In this document: positions 39,899-49,393 of the stretch, one piece after another
Layout of the letters: each line of letters opens with the position of its first letter
Position numbering within the stretch: position 1 is the first letter of the stretch
Assembly (NCBI GenBank): GCA_963662795.1
Contig: OY759746.1
Coordinates: 1,056,001-1,120,000, forward strand
From: Spirochaetia bacterium
GTDB taxonomy: Bacteria; Spirochaetota; Spirochaetia; CADAEX01
Reading direction: 5' to 3'
Length of the DNA: 64,000 nt
The notes under the pieces: generated by a model
Database searches by the model: none
What the model was told of the DNA's origin: nothing
Seen by the model: the letters and a program-made list of their open reading frames with translations, nothing else
Made by a program: the position numbers and the translations under genes

Positions 39899-39925
39899 AT
39901 ATCGGCTGTTTTAAAATGTTTATTA
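39899..39925 (-). promoter_or_regulatory. Sigma28 (FliA)-type promoter
   Basis: TAAT-N15-GCCGATAT versus consensus TAAA-N15-GCCGATAA. Confidence 0.62.
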
Positions 39926-39928
39926 TAA

Positions 39929-40285
39929 TTATCGGTTCATTTTCTCATCTGAGGTTTTACAGGCTATACACATAAGGGCATAAGGAATTGCGTTAAGCCT
40001 TTCTTCAGGAATTTTTTTACCGCATTTCATGCAAAGTCCGTATCTTCCGTTTTTTATTCTTGACAATGCGGAGTCAATAAGCCTTAGCCTTTTAATATCC
40101 TGAGAGCTGACTGTTTCAAGCATTTTTCTGTCAATATCATCAGCTGCAATATCGACAAGATCTTTAGGGTCTATGTCTTCAACAAGAGACTTGAATGAAT
40201 CGTTTTCTGATATCAGGTTATTGATAATTTCTTCTTTTAAGTCAAATAATGCCTTTTCCATCCGTTCCTTAAATTCATTATCCAT
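39929..40285 (-). CDS. dksA: DksA/TraR family zinc-finger protein
   Basis: DLVDIA coiled-coil tip, CMKC...CIAC; start MDNEF with GAGGA SD. Confidence 0.88.
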   Translation of the reverse strand: MDNEFKERMEKALFDLKEEIINNLISENDSFKSLVEDIDPKDLVDIAADDIDRKMLETVSSQDIKRLRLIDSALSRIKNGRYGLCMKCGKKIPEERLNAIPYALMCIACKTSDEKMNR

Positions 40286-40359
40286 AAATATCCTCAACTT
40301 TTTCAATTTCAGATTGGTAATTTGCACAATTTCTCATGTAATGTCAACCTTATTCTTTG

Positions 40360-40388
40360 TTGACAAAGGATTTTTATTAAAATATTAT
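40360..40388 (+). promoter_or_regulatory. Sigma70 promoter of infA
   Basis: TTGACA-N17-TATTAT. Confidence 0.65.
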
Positions 40389-40426
40389 AGTACTGATTTA
40401 TAAGTAGAATTAAAGCTGGAGGGAAC

Positions 40427-40645
40427 TTGGCTAAAGAAGAAGCAATTGAAATCGACGGTATTGTAAAAGAATCTCTGCCCAATACACTGTTCAAGGTAGA
40501 ACTGAAAAACGGACACATCATAATGGCCCATCTTTCCGGAAAAATGAGAAAATTCTATATCAGGATAGTACCTGGTGATAGAGTAAAAGTTGCATTATCC
40601 CCTTATGACCTTACAAGAGGAAGAATAATATACAGGGAAAAATAA
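40427..40645 (+). CDS. infA: Translation initiation factor IF-1
   Basis: [11 protein letters not shown]...[17 protein letters not shown]...[13 protein letters not shown]. Confidence 0.98.
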   Translation: MAKEEAIEIDGIVKESLPNTLFKVELKNGHIIMAHLSGKMRKFYIRIVPGDRVKVALSPYDLTRGRIIYREK

Positions 40646-41032
40646 TTATTTCAGAATAACCCATCTGGAACCTGATCCGCCGTTTTTATTGTCAGGAATG
40701 CCTGTAATTCCGGCGAAAGGACACTCTTTTAATACTTTATCAACTACACCGCTTAAAACTGACCTTTCCGGTGAATGAAGGCCTTTCCCATGTATTATCT
40801 GGACTTTTGTCAGCCCTTTATTTTTACAATCAGAGAGAAATCTCCATAAAGCTTTTTCAGCTGCCTCTGATGTAAGACCGTGAAGATCAAGGGAGGCCTG
40901 CACATGCATTTTTTTAAGCTGTTTTATGTCTGTTAATCCCTTTTGTCCGGAACCGGGACTGAGTTCTTTATCCTTATCGGGATATTTTGTGTTCTTTTTT
41001 TCCCATGCTTCAAGTACATCACCAAAATTCAT
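40646..41032 (-). CDS. Stand-alone Smr domain protein
   Basis: LDLHG, IIHGKG, GGSG. Confidence 0.9.
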   Translation of the reverse strand: MNFGDVLEAWEKKNTKYPDKDKELSPGSGQKGLTDIKQLKKMHVQASLDLHGLTSEAAEKALWRFLSDCKNKGLTKVQIIHGKGLHSPERSVLSGVVDKVLKECPFAGITGIPDNKNGGSGSRWVILK

Positions 41033-41036
41033 GATT

Positions 41037-42656
41037 TCATTCCAATATAATGTTTTTTTTGTCTATCCAGCCTTCTTCTTCCCTCTCAGGCAGTTTAATG
41101 AGATAAAAACTGTCCTTGCTGTCAAGAATTCTGACTTTGGTTTTTTCCTCAAGTTTTGTTTTTATATTTCCGCCGATTTCCGGGATTGAATAGACAGGGA
41201 CATTACTGCCGCTGTCTGACTTCAGTTCGCCGTATAAAGGCGGGGAAAAGACTAATCTGTAAAATAAAAACAGAGCTGCAGCGGCAGCTGATAAAATTAC
41301 AGGCACAATAAATACTTTTTTCCCTGTTTTCCGGCTGATAAAAAAAACTGCAGGAACCAGTAAAAGGACAAATATAATTACCATTATTTTAATGGCAACT
41401 CTCCCCTGAAACAGGGATGCCGGACTGGACGGTAATATATCGGAAGATACAGGAATATTATACAAAAAATCAATCTCTTTTTTTACCCCCGGCGCTCTTT
41501 TAAAACCCATTCCCGGTGGCAGTTTAAAATAGCTTTCTTCAAACCAGGTAAAATCCGGAATTGTAAGTACCAGTTTTTCAGGGATCAGATTTTTATTTAC
41601 AGGGTTTTTAATTCTTTTGAGCAGACAGGTAGTTTCCCTGTAACCTCTGAATAGTTTTCCTTCCGGAGCTATGTCAGACTGATCTTTAATTAAAGTTATT
41701 TCAGCAAATTCCGGATTATCTGTATAAGGCAACGGAATATTTATTCCAAAAAAATTACCTCTTCCTGTTATTTTAAGCTTAATGACAACAGGCTTGTCAT
41801 CTGAAACTGTATTATCCGATATTTCATATTTATAGATAAAATCGCCGATAGCTCCGGTGCCGCTGTCTGTCCCTGGAGCCTTATCAATAAATACAGGAAT
41901 CCCCTTAAGAACTGTCCGGTAGCCGGCTGACCCTTTGGAAAGAAATATTTCTACATCAGGCAGCAGAGTCTCGCCAGGCTTTATGGCTGTAAAAATATGA
42001 TCATGGAATGAAACATCATAGATTTCTCCGGTCATTACCTTTTTAGCAAAGAGCTGTTTTTCATTTTTTTCTGCTGAGCTTGATATTTTTCTTACATAGC
42101 CTTCCTGTTTTTGCCTGACTGCAGTCTCAATCATCAAATCTGAAGTTTCAATGTTTTCAATAATAAACTGAAGAGGAATAATTTCGCCTGGAAAATATCT
42201 CTCATCAGGAATATTCCACTTTATACTTGGGGGGACTTTATCAAAACGCCCCATTATCTGAAAAGTATTGGCAGCGGTAATAAATACAGGGATTGTCAGA
42301 TGTGTCTTTTCTGCTGTTTTTACTTTAAAGCTTTCAATTATAAACCGTCCCTCTTTCTCAGGAAGAAAATAGTAATCAACAATTGAACCATTTCTTCCCG
42401 GTCTGATGAATGGTCCGTTAACAATTGAAAGCCCCTCAGGAATTGAAGGAGCGGTTATTGAAAATTGTGCAGGTGCCAATTCAGGGATAAGGATGCTTAG
42501 CTTAAACTCTTCATTGACAAGAAAAGATGTTTTTTCAAGTATTATTTGCCCGATATATTGATCGGCCGAGATGTGAAAGTTTAAACCAATAACTAAAAAG
42601 AGCGCGGCTACCAGTCTTTTTTCTTTACGCTCTCCTCTCCTGCAGCATCCTGCCAA
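41037..42656 (-). CDS. BatD-like protein with C-terminal TMs and SH3-like domain
   Basis: AIGDF, KITGRGN, C-terminal EGWI; last Bat-operon gene; start uncertain. Confidence 0.68.
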   Translation of the reverse strand: MAGCCRRGERKEKRLVAALFLVIGLNFHISADQYIGQIILEKTSFLVNEEFKLSILIPELAPAQFSITAPSIPEGLSIVNGPFIRPGRNGSIVDYYFLPEKEGRFIIESFKVKTAEKTHLTIPVFITAANTFQIMGRFDKVPPSIKWNIPDERYFPGEIIPLQFIIENIETSDLMIETAVRQKQEGYVRKISSSAEKNEKQLFAKKVMTGEIYDVSFHDHIFTAIKPGETLLPDVEIFLSKGSAGYRTVLKGIPVFIDKAPGTDSGTGAIGDFIYKYEISDNTVSDDKPVVIKLKITGRGNFFGINIPLPYTDNPEFAEITLIKDQSDIAPEGKLFRGYRETTCLLKRIKNPVNKNLIPEKLVLTIPDFTWFEESYFKLPPGMGFKRAPGVKKEIDFLYNIPVSSDILPSSPASLFQGRVAIKIMVIIFVLLLVPAVFFISRKTGKKVFIVPVILSAAAAALFLFYRLVFSPPLYGELKSDSGSNVPVYSIPEIGGNIKTKLEEKTKVRILDSKDSFYLIKLPEREEEGWIDKKNIILE

Positions 42657-43267
42657 AGTGGGACCTCCCCTGAAAACATGAAATCAAGTAATTTATCTGT
42701 GCTCTCTTTTTTAATCCGTCCTTTATTTTTACCATCGCCGTCTGTATCCGAATTCGAATCTGACAATGCAGATTTACCGGCGGCTTTCTTCCTTCTCTCC
42801 TCTTTAAGCATTAAAAGGGAAAGCTCAAGATTCCAGATTAATTTTATATCACTATTATCAATTAGAACAGCATTTTTGAAAAAACCTGCCGCATTTTCAT
42901 AGTCGCCTCCTGCATATGAAATAGAGCCCAGTTCATAGTTTATTCTGAATTCCAGCGATTTGTCTCCCCCATGGACAATAGATCTCAGTTTGTTTTCTGC
43001 GCTCTCCGTTTCACCTATTTCCCTGTAAACCGAGGCAATATTAAAATCAAGATACCTGTCGATACCCTCTTTCTGCCCTGTTTTTTTTGATAAGGATGCC
43101 CTGCCGAAATCCGCAAGAGCTTTTCCGTATTTGCCTTTTTGGGCAGAATATATTCCCGAAAGATTATCATAACAGGCTTTTGGATACGAGCATGAAAAAA
43201 AGAGGAAAAGCAGAGATAAAACAGCGGATAACTTTATAAAACGGTCTGCGGTATTATTACGTGTCAT
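42608..43267 (-). CDS. TPR protein (BatC-like), probable lipoprotein
   Basis: FFSC lipobox, TPR-like helices, WNLELSL, C-terminal KDW. Confidence 0.75.
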   Translation of the reverse strand: MTRNNTADRFIKLSAVLSLLFLFFSCSYPKACYDNLSGIYSAQKGKYGKALADFGRASLSKKTGQKEGIDRYLDFNIASVYREIGETESAENKLRSIVHGGDKSLEFRINYELGSISYAGGDYENAAGFFKNAVLIDNSDIKLIWNLELSLLMLKEERRKKAAGKSALSDSNSDTDGDGKNKGRIKKESTDKLLDFMFSGEVPLWQDAAGEESVKKKDW

Positions 43268-44208
43268 ATAATACCCCGCCATTTAATACCTTTAAGTAAA
43301 AGGGCGGCAAGTAAAATCAATATGCCGGAAGCAGTAAAATATCCTGAAAGATCATTTTCCTCAGTAGTTTCCATTGGAGCCGGGGGGACCTGGATTATCT
43401 CTTTATATGAAAGAACTCTTGCCCCTGGAAGATTCCCCAGTTCTCCAATCATTTTAAAATCAGGAGTTGACAGGATTTCTGAACCTGGAACAGATGCGGC
43501 TGTTTTTCTGTCAGGAGGGATTATAAACAAGGAAATATTATTATCTTTGATCTTTTTACCTATTGCCTGATCCATATCATCAAAGGAACCTTTTTCAGGC
43601 TCTTCCCCGTCTGTAAAAAGATAGATTATTTTCTCTGTCTTTTCATGGAGAGGAAAGGAAGCCAGTGCTTTTGAAAGCCCTTTCCCTATATCTGTTCCTG
43701 CCTGGGAATAAATATCAGAATTGATACCGGAGAGAGAGTCAATAACTGCATTATGTCTGTTTTCCGCAAGAGGAATAAGTGTATACGCCTCTCCTTTGAA
43801 TATTATAATACCGGAACGCCCGGTACTGCGTGAAAAAATTTCCGCGGCAGCTTTTTTACTTTTTTCAAGCCGGCTTTCCCCATCTCCGTCATCAGAGAGC
43901 ATGCTGCGTGAAACATCAAAAACAAAGAGGGTGTCTTTAAGAAAGGCAGATGAAGGCCCGCCGTCCTCTCTTTTGTTTTTTAAAATAACAAATGGAGAAG
44001 CCAGGGACAGGATAATCAGGGATAGCCCAAAGCAGTAAAGAACTGCGAGATAGAAATACTTGATTTTAAAAAGAGATGCCGCCTCTTTTTTTTTCCTGTA
44101 AACTGTAACAGTATAAAAAAAATCAGATCTCTCTGTTCCGGTTTTCAAAGCTGTGAAAAAAATTGCAAGAGGCACCAGTAACAGGAAAAGAATTTCCGGA
44201 TTTTTCAA
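43264..44208 (-). CDS. VWA-domain protein (BatB-like)
   Basis: DVSRSM MIDAS, GTDIG, FTDGE; TTG start overlapping upstream TGA. Confidence 0.82.
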   Translation of the reverse strand: MKNPEILFLLLVPLAIFFTALKTGTERSDFFYTVTVYRKKKEAASLFKIKYFYLAVLYCFGLSLIILSLASPFVILKNKREDGGPSSAFLKDTLFVFDVSRSMLSDDGDGESRLEKSKKAAAEIFSRSTGRSGIIIFKGEAYTLIPLAENRHNAVIDSLSGINSDIYSQAGTDIGKGLSKALASFPLHEKTEKIIYLFTDGEEPEKGSFDDMDQAIGKKIKDNNISLFIIPPDRKTAASVPGSEILSTPDFKMIGELGNLPGARVLSYKEIIQVPPAPMETTEENDLSGYFTASGILILLAALLLKGIKWRGII

Positions 44209-45221
44209 GGCAGCAGCTCCTTTAGAAAATAAACCTTGAGAATCATGGAAAGCAGCAGCATGACTGCACCCGGAATTAAAAACCAATTTGAGAAATCAGC
44301 CTTTTCAATCTCTGTTTCCATTTTCACTTCCGGCCCTTTCAAACCGGCAGCAAGGATACCGAGGTCAAGCTTTCCCGGATTTTCCAAAAAATAGCCGCCC
44401 GTATATTCAGAAATCTGTTCAAGCACAGCAGGATTATAACTTTCAGAAATCTTTCCCCTTACGGCAGATCTTACAGGACCCGGATCAACTACAACATCAA
44501 GGCTGCCGGCTGCGCTTCCTGTCGCAATGCAGCTGACAGGAATCCCAAGTTCAGAAGCCATCAGGGCTGCGTCAAGCGGAGGGAGCTCGCCGTAATTGCT
44601 TCCCCCGTCAGATATAATAATTATTCTTTTCCCTTCAGATTCAGAATTTCTAAGGTAATAAAGGGCAGTCCCAAGAGCTTTGCCCAATGCGGTAGCCTCT
44701 CCGAGTTCCATCACCCCTGCTGATTCAAGACGTTCCCTGAATGCGTCTTTGTCCGGGGTCGGAAGAAGGACTATAGCGGCATCGCTGCCGAAAAAGAGGA
44801 GTCCGGGGTAATCGTTTCCCGATGCCTCTGCAATATCAAGGGCTGCTTCCTTTGCAATTTCAAGTCTTGTTTTACCGTTTTCCTTTATCGCCATGCTTGG
44901 AGAAATATCAAGCAGAATAAAATAATCATCCCCCTTTGCAAGATATTTATCGTTTTTCCTGAGAGCCTGCGGCCCTGAAAGTGAAAATGCAATCAGTATT
45001 ATGGAAAGCATAAAAATCAGGTTTACAGTTTTATGCATAATCCTGCCCAGGATTTCTGCTGTATGAAGGTTTCTGTTTATCCGGCCCTGAGAAACTGCTT
45101 CCGATACACAGACGTCTGACGCAGAGTCAAGGATTCCTCCCCTGCCCCTCCTTTTGCCTGAAAACCAGAAAACAACCAGGGATATCGGAAGAAGAACAAG
45201 AAAAAAAGGATTTTCAAACAC
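44205..45221 (-). CDS. VWA-domain protein (BatA-like)
   Basis: GTG start VFENPFFL; DISPSM, TALG, ISDG. Confidence 0.82.
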   Translation of the reverse strand: MFENPFFLVLLPISLVVFWFSGKRRGRGGILDSASDVCVSEAVSQGRINRNLHTAEILGRIMHKTVNLIFMLSIILIAFSLSGPQALRKNDKYLAKGDDYFILLDISPSMAIKENGKTRLEIAKEAALDIAEASGNDYPGLLFFGSDAAIVLLPTPDKDAFRERLESAGVMELGEATALGKALGTALYYLRNSESEGKRIIIISDGGSNYGELPPLDAALMASELGIPVSCIATGSAAGSLDVVVDPGPVRSAVRGKISESYNPAVLEQISEYTGGYFLENPGKLDLGILAAGLKGPEVKMETEIEKADFSNWFLIPGAVMLLLSMILKVYFLKELLP

Positions 45222-46173
45222 TGCCGGTATCTCCTTTTTCTCTCTTTTCAATTTTATCTTCCTTATCCAGTGCCAGTGCAAAACTGTAGATTTTTTCAGC
45301 TGTTTCCTTTAATTTCGTCTCGCCTGAAATTGTAAAATCTTCTGCCCCCTCATTTTTCTCAAAAAAACCGTCTGAACAGGCTGATGAACCGGGTGAAAAT
45401 CTAATGGCATCGAGAAATAAGAGTTCATCCGCGGGAGGATGTTCAATAATTTTTACAATCTCTTCTGTTGTTAAGCATGTAATTTTTTTTTCTGTTACAA
45501 TTTCAAGAAACTCTTTCAGTGATTTAACAATTTTACCTGAGACAACTCCGGCAGCTGTTTTACCGTCCCCGGCCTTGTCCCGGAGTGATGCCGCATAAGG
45601 ATTATCCGCAATACTTTCAAGAATCAAAAGAAGTTCTTTTCTGCGGTTTCCCTGTTTCTTCAGATTCAATATTTTGATTAACTTTCCCGGCAGTTTTTTA
45701 ATTATCAGCAGGGATAAAAATAAAGCAGAAATAAAAAGAGCGGCCATAAACGCGAAAAGCATTCTTGTCCCCGGCAGCAGCAGCATCACTCCGGAAGGAT
45801 TTCCCGGATCATCGGGGTTTTGATCAGTCAATGCAGATTCTATCGAAACCGGTATGTGCGAATAAATATATTTACCCGCCCTTATTTCAGGCAGGTATGC
45901 AATTGAAGGGTCAAGCGGAATAAACCAGAGCAGAATTTCTTCTTCATCATAATTCACCCTGATATCGAGAAGATGAAACCATTTGTTGTTTTCTATTGAG
46001 ACAGCACCTGCGTCAGATTTATCAAGATCATCAGACACTGAAATTCTGACAAAACACTTCATACCGGTTTTAATAACTGCCGGATTATAAACAGCTTCCG
46101 TAAACCTGCCGGATTCAAGTGCGCCGGCTGAAACTGCAATAAAAAATACAAAAACCGTTAAAATCTTTCTCAT
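45214..46173 (-). CDS. Hypothetical membrane protein of the Bat operon
   Basis: Signal peptide, one TM, LTTEEI motif; coupled to neighbours. Confidence 0.7.
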   Translation of the reverse strand: MRKILTVFVFFIAVSAGALESGRFTEAVYNPAVIKTGMKCFVRISVSDDLDKSDAGAVSIENNKWFHLLDIRVNYDEEEILLWFIPLDPSIAYLPEIRAGKYIYSHIPVSIESALTDQNPDDPGNPSGVMLLLPGTRMLFAFMAALFISALFLSLLIIKKLPGKLIKILNLKKQGNRRKELLLILESIADNPYAASLRDKAGDGKTAAGVVSGKIVKSLKEFLEIVTEKKITCLTTEEIVKIIEHPPADELLFLDAIRFSPGSSACSDGFFEKNEGAEDFTISGETKLKETAEKIYSFALALDKEDKIEKREKGDTGSV

Positions 46174-47057
46174 CGTTTCCGCATCTTGAAAAAAATATTC
46201 ATTCTCTCAAATAAATTATCACCGGTTGATATATCAAGCACTTGGATACCGAGCTTTGCCGCCCGGCCTGCAACATTGTCCGCCGGAAAGGTATAAGACG
46301 AAGCGCTGTTCCGCCGGGAAGCAGATCTGTAAAAAAGTTCTCCCCTGCCCGGCTTAACTGCAGGGTCATTATCTAATGCATTAAAAGAAAAACTGAATGA
46401 AGGATTAATCTCAAACGGGTCTGTAATCCTGAAAACAACACAATCGGTACGGGATGAAAGTTTCAGGATTTTTCCCCAGGGTACCTCGCATTGCATATCA
46501 GATATTATAATACAAATACCGTTTTTTCTGAAACTGTCCGGAAGGGCAGAGCATGCCGCGTCAAGATCAGTGCCTGCGAATGCAGGTACAGAATCAAGTA
46601 TTTTTTCCGCAATTGCAAAGACATGATTTCTCCCGGAAGCCGGAAGAATAAGATCTTCCGTTTTCCCCGAAAATAACACAGCTCCTGTTTTATCCCTGTT
46701 AAGGCCTGCGGAAAATCCGAGAAGTGAAGATACTACAGCAGCTGTTTCAAGTTTTGTCTTTCTTCTGTTTTTAAGATTGCCGCCCATTGCCATAGAAGAG
46801 GAAATGTCAACAAGAAGATATAATTCAAGATCCCTCTCCTCCTGAGTTATTCTTGTAAAAGGCTTCCCTGTTTTTGCAAGGGCATTCCAGTCTATCATCC
46901 TGAAATCATCTTCATCTGTATATTCACGCAACCCTGCCAGCTCGATTCCTCTCCCCCTGTAAAGAGACCTGTAGAGGCCGGGAAGCCCCCCGCTCCTGCT
47001 TTTGCGGATAACCAGTTCAATTTTTTTTATTTCAGAAAGAATCTCTTCCCGTTTCAT
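46170..47057 (-). CDS. DUF58 domain protein
   Basis: GRGIELAGLREY...DFRMIDWN, VDISSSM. Confidence 0.9.
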   Translation of the reverse strand: MKREEILSEIKKIELVIRKSRSGGLPGLYRSLYRGRGIELAGLREYTDEDDFRMIDWNALAKTGKPFTRITQEERDLELYLLVDISSSMAMGGNLKNRRKTKLETAAVVSSLLGFSAGLNRDKTGAVLFSGKTEDLILPASGRNHVFAIAEKILDSVPAFAGTDLDAACSALPDSFRKNGICIIISDMQCEVPWGKILKLSSRTDCVVFRITDPFEINPSFSFSFNALDNDPAVKPGRGELFYRSASRRNSASSYTFPADNVAGRAAKLGIQVLDISTGDNLFERMNIFFKMRKR

Positions 47058-47059
47058 AT

Positions 47060-48022
47060 TCAGGGAGTTTTTACTGCACCGAGAATTGTTTTAATTACCG
47101 CATCAGAATCAATCCCGTCAGCCTCAGCTTCAAAGCTTCTTATTATTCTGTGCCTTAGAATATCCCCGGCAAGCTCTTTTACATCCTCAGGAAGAACCCA
47201 TTTTCTCTTTTCCAGCATTGCCGTGATTCTTACGCATTTCATAATCCCGATCGACGCCCTCGGTGATGCGCCGTATTCAATATATTTGTTCTTTTTTCTG
47301 GTTTCCCTTACAATGCTGATAATATATTTTTTTATTTCTTCATCCACAGTTACAGCTTCAGCCGCATGGAACAGGGCGGAAATATCTTCGGGATATAATT
47401 TCTCAAACAGCGCCGGAAACTCCTTTTCCCCTTTCTCATGAAGATTAAGTATTTCCATTTCTCCCTCGCCGGATGGATATCCAAGATCAAGTTTCATGAG
47501 AAAACGGTCTGTCTGCGCTTCAGGAAGGCGGTATGTGCCGTCCTGTTCGATGGGGTTCTGGGTTGCAATAACAAAAAAATTATCAGGGAGTTTCAAAGTT
47601 GAATCTCCGATAGTTACCTGCCGCTCCTCCATTGCCTCAAGCAGTGCGGACTGTACCTTTGCAGGAGCCCTGTTGATCTCATCGGCAAGGACAATGCCTG
47701 CAAAAACAGGCCCCTTTCTTACGGTAAATTCCCCTGACTGAGGGATAAAAACCATGCTTCCTGTAATATCGGAGGGAAGAAGATCAGGCGTAAACTGTAT
47801 CCTTGAAAAATCGCTTCCGGAAATCTCTGCCAGAGCCTTTGCTGCACGGGTCTTTGCAAGGCCGGGAACCCCTTCTATAAGGACATGACCCCCCGCAATA
47901 TATGCTGTCATGAGCCGGCTGAAAAGAAAATCCCCGTCAACAATAGTCCGGACAAAGTACTGCCTTGCTTTTTCAAGCCTGTCAAGAACACTTTGTATTG
48001 CCTCTTCCTGTACATTTTCCAT
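47060..48022 (-). CDS. moxR: MoxR-family AAA ATPase
   Basis: [57 protein letters not shown]. Confidence 0.95.
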   Translation of the reverse strand: MENVQEEAIQSVLDRLEKARQYFVRTIVDGDFLFSRLMTAYIAGGHVLIEGVPGLAKTRAAKALAEISGSDFSRIQFTPDLLPSDITGSMVFIPQSGEFTVRKGPVFAGIVLADEINRAPAKVQSALLEAMEERQVTIGDSTLKLPDNFFVIATQNPIEQDGTYRLPEAQTDRFLMKLDLGYPSGEGEMEILNLHEKGEKEFPALFEKLYPEDISALFHAAEAVTVDEEIKKYIISIVRETRKKNKYIEYGASPRASIGIMKCVRITAMLEKRKWVLPEDVKELAGDILRHRIIRSFEAEADGIDSDAVIKTILGAVKTP

Positions 48023-48046
48023 GACAGTTAACCTCTTTTATTAAAA

Positions 48047-49342
48047 TCAGGATCTGTAATCAGCGTTCTCCCTGACATACCCGTATGACAGGTCTGTACC
48101 ATATACGATTGCGGACCCGGTACCTTTAGTCCCCATTCTGACATCAATATCAACTGTCAGATCATGGGCCGGGAACTCTTTGTGCTCTGAATCAAGCATT
48201 CTTGATTTCAGATATTCAGACAGTCTCACCTCTTTCTCCTGATCAAGCCTGAAAGAGCCTTTTTCAAAAACCACCTCACCGCCAAGCGCTATTACAAGGC
48301 TTTCCGGTGAAGCAGAAGTATCAAGCTCCATGCCGTTGTTTCCCGCATAATCGCCGATGGAGGAAAGAAGGCGACCTACATTGGGATCGTTTCCAAAAAC
48401 AGCTGTTGTTACGAGAGGCGAGTTTACAATTGCCTTGCCTATGCTTCGGGCGGTATTAAAGTCAGAAGCTCCTTCTACATTTACTTTTATGACATGGCCG
48501 GACCCTTCGGCATTTCTTACAATATCGCGCGCAATATCTGAACATACTGAAAGAAGGGCATCTTCAAACACCTGGGGAGAAACTGCGGGTTTTAAACAGG
48601 AACTCATGATCACGACAGTGTCACTTGTGCTCTGGTCGCTGTCAACAGATATGCAGTTATAGCTTTTCTCAACAACCTTCTTTAGTATCTGCCGTAAGGT
48701 ATCCCGTTCAATTGTAACATCTGTCATGATGTATGAAAGCATTGTCGCCATATTGGGCTCTATCATACCCGCCCCTTTGGCAATACCTACAATACGCCCC
48801 TCTCCGACTTCAGCGGAACGGAGTTTGGGGAAAGAGTCTGTCGTCATTATCCCTTTTGCAAGGTTTACCGCGCTCCCCCCTTCCAGGGATGCCACAAGCG
48901 CAGGGATGTTTTTTTCCATTTCCTTAACCGGAAGTCTCCATCCTATTATTCCGGTAGAGGACGGAAAGTATTCATCCGGCGATGTTCCGGTCTCCTCCGC
49001 CAGTTTTTCAAGCAGAGCGAGGGAATCCCTGACGCCTGATTCAATACAGACATTTGCAATTTTATTGTTTATAAGCACGCCGCGAATCCTGCCGGAAGCA
49101 AGCCTCTCCTTCCCCAGGATGACAGGCGCGCCCGGGCATTTATTGCGGGTAAAAGCAGCTCCGAATACCGAAGTCGGCTTATCAAGCATAAGCAGGGACA
49201 TTCTCATCGGCAGCGGCTTCTCTACAGGCCTTTCAGCAGGGAAAAAAGAAAGGGGAAGGACGGCGGTTTTAAATCCTTCCGGCAATTTTCCCCTTTTTTC
49301 CAGTTCAATGATGTATTCTTCTTTAGTGTTATATTTTTCCAT
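48047..49342 (-). CDS. argJ: Ornithine acetyltransferase / N-acetylglutamate synthase
   Basis: STGIIG, IMTTD, KGAGMIEPNMATML autocleavage motif, DLSYGYVRENADY. Confidence 0.93.
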   Translation of the reverse strand: MEKYNTKEEYIIELEKRGKLPEGFKTAVLPLSFFPAERPVEKPLPMRMSLLMLDKPTSVFGAAFTRNKCPGAPVILGKERLASGRIRGVLINNKIANVCIESGVRDSLALLEKLAEETGTSPDEYFPSSTGIIGWRLPVKEMEKNIPALVASLEGGSAVNLAKGIMTTDSFPKLRSAEVGEGRIVGIAKGAGMIEPNMATMLSYIMTDVTIERDTLRQILKKVVEKSYNCISVDSDQSTSDTVVIMSSCLKPAVSPQVFEDALLSVCSDIARDIVRNAEGSGHVIKVNVEGASDFNTARSIGKAIVNSPLVTTAVFGNDPNVGRLLSSIGDYAGNNGMELDTSASPESLVIALGGEVVFEKGSFRLDQEKEVRLSEYLKSRMLDSEHKEFPAHDLTVDIDVRMGTKGTGSAIVYGTDLSYGYVRENADYRS

Positions 49343-49393
49343 AGTAATAAATACTATATTTAGTTAAAGGCTCAATGTCCACTATACAGAAGA

